From an uncultured Alphaproteobacteria bacterium (GTDB taxonomy: Bacteria; Pseudomonadota; Alphaproteobacteria; Rs-D84): a DNA stretch of 64,000 nt. Numbering within the stretch: the stretch's first letter is position 1; every line of letters starts with the position of its first letter. The notes under the pieces were generated by a model. It saw only the letters and a program-made list of their open reading frames with translations. It did no database searches and was not told the DNA's origin. Both the position numbers and the translations under genes were made by a program. Location of the stretch: positions 20,106 through 84,105 of the forward strand of contig CALXXV010000006.1 in assembly GCA_944392775.1 (NCBI GenBank). Direction: 5' to 3'. Shown piece by piece: positions 57,124 to 64,000 of this stretch.

Positions 57124-57417
57124 ATGGCTTTTAGCAAGCAACAATTAAAAAAATTTGCAGATTTAATAAGAATTGATATTTCAGAAGAAAAACTGGAAAA
57201 AATGAATATTGATTCTGTAATTGAATGGCTGGATAAATTGCAAAAGATTGATACCACAGGTGTTGAACCTATGCTAAATCCAGCAGAACATAAATTACCA
57301 AGACGCGCTGATATTGTCACAGATGGAAATATCAGGGATTTAGTTTTAGCAAACGCCCCAGACAATACAGGCGTTTCACGTGGCTACTTTGCAGTTCCTA
57401 AAGTTATGGATGAATAA
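57124..57417 (+). CDS. gatC: Asp/Glu-tRNA amidotransferase subunit C
   Basis: L..IDT.GVEP, R.D.V and NAP....GYF.VPKV. Confidence 0.93.
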   Translation: MAFSKQQLKKFADLIRIDISEEKLEKMNIDSVIEWLDKLQKIDTTGVEPMLNPAEHKLPRRADIVTDGNIRDLVLANAPDNTGVSRGYFAVPKVMDE

Positions 57418-57442
57418 TTAATAAAAATTGAAAGTGATACAA

Positions 57443-58909
57443 ATGATAGACTTAACAATTACAGAAGCATTACAGAAATTGAAATCAGGCGAAATAAGCG
57501 CGGTTGAGCTAACTCGCGCTTATTTGGACAGAATAGAAAAATATGGCAAGGAATTGAATTGCTATATAACAGTCACACCAGAACGCGCAATGGCCGATGC
57601 TGCTGCATCTGATGCACGTTATGCAGCAGGTACTGCCCTGCCATTAGACGGCATTCCTATTGAAATGAAGGATTTATTCGCAACACGTGGCATCAGAACA
57701 ACTGCTGCGTCAAGAATGCTCGAAAACTTTGTACCAGAATACGAATCGACTGTATCCCAGAAATTTATAGATGCAGGAACTGTATTATTGGGGAAAACAA
57801 ACCTTGATGAATTTGCTATGGGAACTTTCAGCAAGACAAGTTATTTTGGTGCCCCAGTAAACCCATGGCAAATGGAAAAAAGATTAACTGCTGGTGGTTC
57901 TTCTGGCGGTGCAACAAGTGCAATTGCAAGTGGTTTAGCAATTGGCGGCACAGGCACAGACACAGGTGGTTCGATTCGTTTTCCTTCTGCAATAACAGGG
58001 TTGGTTGGAATGAAACCAACATACGGTCTATGCAGTCGTTGGGGATGCGTCGCATTTGCATCTAGTTTAGATACCCCCGGTCCTATTGCAAGAACGGTCG
58101 ATGACGCTGCATTATTATTATCTGCCATGGCTGGACACGACCCAAAAGATTCCACAAGCAGCGATAAAGGCTTTAATGCAACAGTACCCCTATCTTCTAT
58201 ATTAGGTGACGGGAAAACACTGCGTGTCGGTATAATAAAAGAATTTGCAGATGTAGAAATATCTGCAGACATGAAACGTTTATTTAACGCACGCGTTGCA
58301 GACTTAAAATCTATTGGCGCAGAAATTGTTGATGTTTCTATTCCAAATATATTAGACGCGTTGGCTGCATATTATATAATTGCTCCGGCAGAAGCGTCTT
58401 CTAACCTGGCGCGCTATGACGGCATGAAATACGGTTTGCGTGTAGAAGGAGAAGATTTAATAGACACATACAAAAAGACACGCGCCGCAGGTTTTGGTGA
58501 AGAAGTACAACGTCGTATGATAGTGGGTACCGCTGTATTATCCAGCGAATCGTATGAAGTCTATTTCATGCAAGCAGCACGGGTACGTCGTATGATTGCA
58601 GATAGTTTCAATAAAGCATTTGAACAATGCGACTTAATACTATGCCCATCGGGTGCAGGTACGGCTATGCCGCTTGATTCGGATTTAACGCCACTTGAAT
58701 ACTATGCACTTGATTTATTTACAGTAGCGATGAATCTGGCTGGTATTCCTGCATGCAGCGTACCCTGTGGATTGGCAGGAAATGGTTTACCACTTGGAAT
58801 GCAAGTTGTCGGAAAACGCTTTGATGATTTGAAGGTTCTGCAATTAGCAAAGCATATCGAACAATTTGCGGGTATAGATAATAGGCCAACAAAAATAATG
58901 GGGAAATAA
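57443..58909 (+). CDS. gatA: Asp/Glu-tRNA amidotransferase subunit A
   Basis: GKTNLDEFAMG, GGSSGG, DTGGSIR and EASSNLARYDG. Confidence 0.97.
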   Translation: MIDLTITEALQKLKSGEISAVELTRAYLDRIEKYGKELNCYITVTPERAMADAAASDARYAAGTALPLDGIPIEMKDLFATRGIRTTAASRMLENFVPEYESTVSQKFIDAGTVLLGKTNLDEFAMGTFSKTSYFGAPVNPWQMEKRLTAGGSSGGATSAIASGLAIGGTGTDTGGSIRFPSAITGLVGMKPTYGLCSRWGCVAFASSLDTPGPIARTVDDAALLLSAMAGHDPKDSTSSDKGFNATVPLSSILGDGKTLRVGIIKEFADVEISADMKRLFNARVADLKSIGAEIVDVSIPNILDALAAYYIIAPAEASSNLARYDGMKYGLRVEGEDLIDTYKKTRAAGFGEEVQRRMIVGTAVLSSESYEVYFMQAARVRRMIADSFNKAFEQCDLILCPSGAGTAMPLDSDLTPLEYYALDLFTVAMNLAGIPACSVPCGLAGNGLPLGMQVVGKRFDDLKVLQLAKHIEQFAGIDNRPTKIMGK

Positions 58910-58934
58910 AAAAAGACCCGAAGGTCTAAAAAAG

Positions 58935-59010
58935 TGGTGGCTAGAAGTGGAATCGAACCACTGACACAGGGATTTTCAGTCCCTTGCTCTACCAACTGAG
59001 CTATCTAGCC
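58935..59010 (-). tRNA. tRNA-Phe(GAA)
   Basis: Reverse complement GGCTAGATAGCTCAGTTGGTAGAGCAAGGGACTGAAAATCCCT...GGTTCGATTCC...TAGCCACCA. Confidence 0.97.
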
Positions 59011-59063
59011 AACATGAAACGAATAATAAAATACTAAAAAACAAAAAGCAAGGAAAAATAAAA

Positions 59064-60584
59064 ATGTTTACGATAAAAGGCAAAACAACAGATTGGGAAT
59101 TGGTTATCGGGTTAGAAACGCATATAGAAGTTTTATCTAAAAGTAAACTTTTTAGCGGTGCATCTGCAGATTATAACCCCAGTATTGCCCCAAACACTCA
59201 AGTTTCTATGGTTGATGTTGCGATGCCAGGTATGCTTCCTGTATTAAATGAATTCTGCGTGGAACAAGCTATTAAAATGGGTTTAGGGTTAAATGCAGAA
59301 ATATCTAGAAAAAGTAAGTTTGCACGTAAACAATATTTTTACCCTGACCTACCCCAAGGTTATCAGATTTCACAACCTGCCGAAGAACCGCCAATTGTTG
59401 GGCGCGGTTGGGTTGAAATTATGGGGGACGACGGAAAACCTAAAAAGATTTTAATTGAACGTGCACATTTGGAACAAGATGCAGGTAAATTAAAACATGA
59501 TGTACATCCAACTAAGTCATTTGCGGATTACAACCGAACAGGTGTAGCATTACTAGAAATTGTCACATTTTTAGACACAAAAAATCCTGAAAAAAATTCT
59601 TATATAACCTCTCCCGATGAAGCAGAGCGCTATCTACGTGAAATTCGTGAAATTGCACGTGCACTAGGTGTATCAAAAGCAAACATGGAAGAAGGTTCTA
59701 TGCGTGCAGACGTAAATGTATCTGTCAGACCAGTTGGTTCAAAAGAATTTCGCACACGTACAGAAACTAAAAACATGGTTTCATTTAAGTTCATAAAGTC
59801 TGCAATTGAATACGAAGCACGTCGCCAGATAGAAATATATGAAAATGGTGGCACAGTATCACAAGACACAATGAGATATAGCCAATCCGAAGGCACAACA
59901 TCAGTTATGCGCAGCAAAGAAGATGCTTTAGACTATCGCTATTTTCCAGACCCAGACTTATTGCCTTTGGAAATCAGCGAAGAAACGATTGAACGCATAA
60001 AGCAAACGATGCCAGAATTACCTGCTGCAACACGTGCAAGATATATAAGCATGGGTTTAAATGAATATGATGCAGCACGTTTAACAGAAACAACAGATAT
60101 ATCAAAATGGTTTGATTCTGCTGTTAATGGAAAAACAGAACGCGCAAAACCGATTGCAAACTGGATGATAAGCGAACTATTCGCACACCCAGAAAATTGG
60201 GATGCAAAAAACGCTGTGGATACAGCTGAGCAAGGCGAAGCGCGGATTATTACACCTGAAAATTTAGCAGAATTAGTTGATATGATTTCCGCAAACGAAG
60301 TTAACGGTAAACAAGCAAAAGAAATCTTTATAAAAATGTTAGACGGCGAATCGGGGACCCCAAAAGAAATTGCAGATCGATTCGGTATGAAGCAAATTAC
60401 AGACACCAGCGCAATAGAAAAAGCTGTTGATGATGTAATTGCTGCGAACCCTGCACAAGTTGAACAATATAAATCTGGCAAAGTCGGATTACTAGGCTTC
60501 TTTGTGGGAAGTGTGATGAAAGCAACCGGAGGAAAAGCAAATCCTGCGATTGTAAACGAACTACTAAAAAAGAAACTAGCATAA
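59064..60584 (+). CDS. gatB: Asp/Glu-tRNA amidotransferase subunit B
   Basis: IGLE.H, YFYPDLPQGYQISQ, MEEGS.R.D.N.S, YRYFP.PDL and GGKANP. Confidence 0.97.
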   Translation: MFTIKGKTTDWELVIGLETHIEVLSKSKLFSGASADYNPSIAPNTQVSMVDVAMPGMLPVLNEFCVEQAIKMGLGLNAEISRKSKFARKQYFYPDLPQGYQISQPAEEPPIVGRGWVEIMGDDGKPKKILIERAHLEQDAGKLKHDVHPTKSFADYNRTGVALLEIVTFLDTKNPEKNSYITSPDEAERYLREIREIARALGVSKANMEEGSMRADVNVSVRPVGSKEFRTRTETKNMVSFKFIKSAIEYEARRQIEIYENGGTVSQDTMRYSQSEGTTSVMRSKEDALDYRYFPDPDLLPLEISEETIERIKQTMPELPAATRARYISMGLNEYDAARLTETTDISKWFDSAVNGKTERAKPIANWMISELFAHPENWDAKNAVDTAEQGEARIITPENLAELVDMISANEVNGKQAKEIFIKMLDGESGTPKEIADRFGMKQITDTSAIEKAVDDVIAANPAQVEQYKSGKVGLLGFFVGSVMKATGGKANPAIVNELLKKKLA

Positions 60585-60599
60585 AGAAAGGGGAAAAGA

Positions 60600-60770
60600 A
60601 TGAAAGTTGTTGGGATAATAAAAGACGACAAAATAACGGGTGTTCAATATGGGATTATTGAACTACCAGATCCAGAAGACAAGAAAGTAGCTTCTATAAA
60701 AATGGCTTTGAAAAAGATTCAAGAAATAAAAAACCAAAAACTTCGCACAGAAAGAACAAAATATAAATAA
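60600..60770 (+). CDS. Small hypothetical protein (56 aa, below the track cut-off)
   Basis: AAGGGG RBS; MKVVGIIKDDKITGVQYGIIELPDPEDKKVASIKMALKKIQEIKNQKLRTERTKYK* fills the gatB-miaB gap. Confidence 0.55.
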   Translation: MKVVGIIKDDKITGVQYGIIELPDPEDKKVASIKMALKKIQEIKNQKLRTERTKYK

Positions 60771-60775
60771 AAACC

Positions 60776-62083
60776 ATGAAAAAATTCTTTATTCAAACTT
60801 TTGGTTGTCAGATGAATGTTTATGACGGTCAACGAATCGCCGCCATGTTAGAAAAGCACGGTTTTGAACAAACTGATGCCTTATCGGATGCAGATATAAT
60901 TATATTAAATACTTGCGCGGTTCGTGAAAAAGCTACGAATAAAGTATTTTCCGCATTGGGACGTATTCGGCGTGCAAAAAAGCCAGATGCGTTATTTGGA
61001 ATAGTTGGTTGCGTTGCACGCGAAGCGGGCGCAACCGCTTTTCAAAGAATACCCGATTTAAATTTTGTTTTAGGTCCACAAAGTTATCATAAACTGCCTG
61101 AAATTTTAAAAAATCCTGACACTAAATTATTAAACATAGATTTAACAGGGCTTGAAAAATTTGATGAATTGCCCCAAATGGAAAAATCCCCTGCTGTCGC
61201 ATACATCCCCATTCAAGAAGGATGTAATCATTGTTGCACATATTGCATTGTTCCTTACACTCGTGGTCGCGAACTATCACGTCCTTTTAAAGATATCTTG
61301 CGCGATACCGAACTTGCTGCAAATACAGGCGCAATAGAAATATGCTTCTTAGGTCAAAATGTAAATGGTTATAAATACACAGATGAAGCAACAGGTAAAA
61401 CATATCGTTTATCTGACTTAATAAAGGAAACCGCAAAACTGAACAATATTAAAAGAATTCGTTTTACATCCAGTTATCCAACAGAAATGACAGATGACTT
61501 GATAGACATGTTCAGGACAGAACCTAAATTATTACCTTTTTTAAACATGCCTATACAAAGCGGATCACAAAATGTATTGACAAGAATGAATCGTCCATAC
61601 ACCCTTAATCTATATATAGATATAGTTGACAAATTAAAGGCAGCGCGTCCTGACATTCAGATATCCAGCGACTTTATTGTTGGCTTCCCAGGCGAAACAG
61701 ATTCTGACTTTGAACAAACAATGGAAATAGCAAAAAAAATAAAATATATAAATTCTTATTCTTTTAAATATTCGCCCCGCCCTCATACAGCGGCCGCATT
61801 AATGAAAGACCAGATCCCAGAATCTATTAAATCAGAGCGTTTAGCAAAACTAGATTCTTACCTAAATGAATTACAAAGAAGCTTTAACGAATCGTGCATT
61901 GGGAAGACTATGGAATGTTTATGCGAAGGCCCGGACAAAACCGGAAAACATTTGGTATATCGCACGCCATACATGCAACAATGTATTGTTAACGCAACAT
62001 CCAAGACCTGCGAAAAACAACTTGCAAATATTCGTATAACCGCTGCTAACAAAGCATCTCTACGAGGTGAAGTACAAGATTAA
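60776..62083 (+). CDS. miaB: tRNA methylthiotransferase MiaB
   Basis: TFGCQMN, NTC.VREKA, EGCNHCCTYCIVPYTRG and DFIVGFPGE. Confidence 0.95.
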   Translation: MKKFFIQTFGCQMNVYDGQRIAAMLEKHGFEQTDALSDADIIILNTCAVREKATNKVFSALGRIRRAKKPDALFGIVGCVAREAGATAFQRIPDLNFVLGPQSYHKLPEILKNPDTKLLNIDLTGLEKFDELPQMEKSPAVAYIPIQEGCNHCCTYCIVPYTRGRELSRPFKDILRDTELAANTGAIEICFLGQNVNGYKYTDEATGKTYRLSDLIKETAKLNNIKRIRFTSSYPTEMTDDLIDMFRTEPKLLPFLNMPIQSGSQNVLTRMNRPYTLNLYIDIVDKLKAARPDIQISSDFIVGFPGETDSDFEQTMEIAKKIKYINSYSFKYSPRPHTAAALMKDQIPESIKSERLAKLDSYLNELQRSFNESCIGKTMECLCEGPDKTGKHLVYRTPYMQQCIVNATSKTCEKQLANIRITAANKASLRGEVQD

Positions 62084-63654
62084 AAACGTACGTCTATTCC
62101 GATCCTTATACTATACGAAAAACTATTATCATCATAAATAATGCCTGTTTCTAGTACGCCACCTACTCCATCAAATGGCGAAGAAAAATCTGTATGAAGG
62201 ACACTTTTGAAAGCTCCATCTGTAAACAAATTAAATCTAATTCCATAATTATACTTTATGTCAAAATCTCTAACAGCAAAGTTTAAGTCTGTTCCGAAAC
62301 CAGCTACAAAATTTATTTCAGATTGATTCAAAATATTTATATAATCGCCATTAACTATTACAAAAGGTAAAACGACAAAATTTTCATAAACTTGAAATTC
62401 TTTTCCTAATCTGGTCGACGAATAATAAGAAAGCCCTTCTGGATTATAAAATATTTTTTCACCGTCAAATACATTGCCAGAATTAAATTTAGCAAAAGTT
62501 ATACCAGCAACAGAATCAAGCTCAAAAAATTCGCTACTAAATCTGACGCGTAAATTTCCGCCGCTCAATTTTGCATAAAAATCGTTTATAAAATCAGAAT
62601 AATTACTTATAGCAGAATATAAAGAAAAATGTACTGTAAAGGCATCTGAAAAAGCCGTACCCCCTTTTATAGAAATACCAGAAATATAAAAATTATCGTC
62701 AACAATAAACTGTGGCGAAAGGCTAAAACATGTCGCATCTGTTTTGAAACCATGTAGCATTTCAAAATCATTGAAACGACTGATCGGTTTCATCAAATTT
62801 ATAGGATTTAATTTTACAGACTTTTTCATCAATCTTTTTAGTTCATCCATATCAGTTGCAGAATCCATTGCTAATAGTAATTTATCATTCGGATTATCGT
62901 TACGTATACTATTTAAAAAATTACCAATTTCATTTTTCAAAATTTTTGAATAATCTGTTTCTCTACTTAATATGGCATATAAATTACCGGATTTTATGTA
63001 CGAATTAAGTACATACAATGGATTTACATTATCCGCAATCATACGAACAGTCCCATCACCGGAAACATTTGATAACAAAACCTTATCAAGCACACCATTA
63101 ACATCATCTATTTTTATAGAAGTATTTCCAACAAGCTTTACTTTGGGTAAAATTTTAGCATCAGAATCATCTATTACCGAAACATTATCTATTTTCAATA
63201 AAGCATCTTTTAAAACTATACTATCTGCACTTTTGCCACTTTCAATAATAGAATATAAAGAAATAAGATCCGTATTATTTATAAATAATTCATAATTACC
63301 ATTATTTACAATAATCGGACTAAGATCTTTTTCTGTATAAACAATTTGAACTAAATTTGATTTATTTCCAAGATTTACAGAACCTTTTATCGTTCCAGAA
63401 TTTTGTATTTTAACTTCATAACCGTCACGAACATTTATATCTGCTTCTATTATACCGTTATTAGTGATAATTATTGGCTTATCCACATAAATATTATCAT
63501 AAAACATATAACCCGTAGGTAAAACATCCAAATCTTCTAAAAGAGATAATTCCGTTCCTGCATAATAACCACTTACTACACGCGCCACAGCTGCATTGTT
63601 GTAAACAAGCAGGAATACAAAAAACACCGAAAGAAAAATCTTTCTAATCTCCAC
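62080..63654 (-). CDS. Putative autotransporter-like outer-membrane protein
   Basis: Signal peptide; N-terminal N.G.I beta-helix-like region; helical linker; amphipathic C-terminal strands ending IGIDVRF. Confidence 0.55.
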   Translation of the reverse strand: MEIRKIFLSVFFVFLLVYNNAAVARVVSGYYAGTELSLLEDLDVLPTGYMFYDNIYVDKPIIITNNGIIEADINVRDGYEVKIQNSGTIKGSVNLGNKSNLVQIVYTEKDLSPIIVNNGNYELFINNTDLISLYSIIESGKSADSIVLKDALLKIDNVSVIDDSDAKILPKVKLVGNTSIKIDDVNGVLDKVLLSNVSGDGTVRMIADNVNPLYVLNSYIKSGNLYAILSRETDYSKILKNEIGNFLNSIRNDNPNDKLLLAMDSATDMDELKRLMKKSVKLNPINLMKPISRFNDFEMLHGFKTDATCFSLSPQFIVDDNFYISGISIKGGTAFSDAFTVHFSLYSAISNYSDFINDFYAKLSGGNLRVRFSSEFFELDSVAGITFAKFNSGNVFDGEKIFYNPEGLSYYSSTRLGKEFQVYENFVVLPFVIVNGDYINILNQSEINFVAGFGTDLNFAVRDFDIKYNYGIRFNLFTDGAFKSVLHTDFSSPFDGVGGVLETGIIYDDNSFSYSIRIGIDVRF

Positions 63655-63746
63655 AACATGAAGAGATTAGCATATAAGATTTTTTTCTTAAAGAAAATTA
63701 TAAAAAAATCCTCGAACAATCGAGGATTTAATAGACCAGCAACCTA

Positions 63747-64000
63747 TTACAACATCATGCCTTTTTCCAAAGTACCCCAAGCGGCTTTATATCCACCATC
63801 TCTTTCCAAATATATTTTTGCGTTATTCAGTTGTTCTGCCGTCATTCCACGCAAAATGAAAGACTCTTCTAATCTACCGGGTTTTTCTATACGTAACGTA
63901 GGCAAATTTGTTGCCAAGCTGTTATTGCTACAACACATTCCTGTTGAACATTTATTACATTGATAAATTTTCATATTATATGTCACCCCTGGACGCAAAT
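63747..64000 (-). CDS. 3' end of a hypothetical Cys-containing protein (probably continues beyond the window)
   Basis: Open frame to the window edge, followed by a hairpin (AATCCTCG...CGAGGATT). Confidence 0.45.
   Translation of the reverse strand, partial: LRPGVTYNMKIYQCNKCSTGMCCSNNSLATNLPTLRIEKPGRLEESFILRGMTAEQLNNAKIYLERDGGYKAAWGTLEKGMML

Noticed and set aside
59939-60631. 230-aa minus-strand ORF (also 56581-57081, 7617-7994 and 32056-32508)
   Set aside because: Antisense to well-supported genes (gatB, ruvX, fabF, dnaN).

Overview
AT-rich, gene-dense chromosomal segment of a reduced-genome alphaproteobacterium. The synteny ftsE-ftsX-YdcF-plsC, acpP-fabF-(..)-mltG, uvrC-pgsA and ruvX/gatCAB, plus the alpha-type ParE, point there. 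A gut-associated uncultured lineage such as Rs-D84/'Enterousia' is an inference. Most genes are housekeeping: fusA/rpsG/rpsL, lepA, rbfA, efp, dnaN, dnaJ, parE, dnaA, dprA, sufBC, gatCAB, miaB, tRNA-Pro and tRNA-Phe. No CRISPR array, rRNA, IS or prophage was seen. The strongest candidate for a novel system is a 6.8-kb operon (14247-21028) of four Sec-signal-peptide proteins built from phage tail-fibre-type modules. They share N- and C-terminal motifs, show recent module exchange, sit next to an outer-membrane barrel gene and have no phage genes nearby, which suggests a domesticated tail-fibre surface filament or adhesin system. Other oddities: an intact but catalytically dead P4-type integrase downstream of lepA; a DnaA lacking the arginine-finger and sensor-II arginines; a recurrent GANTC (CGAWTCG) element in the spacer of several promoters; dispersed type IVb pilus genes; an orphan VirB2-like pilin; and an RHH + DinD-like operon with palindromic operators. 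All family assignments come from motif recognition by eye, not database searches.
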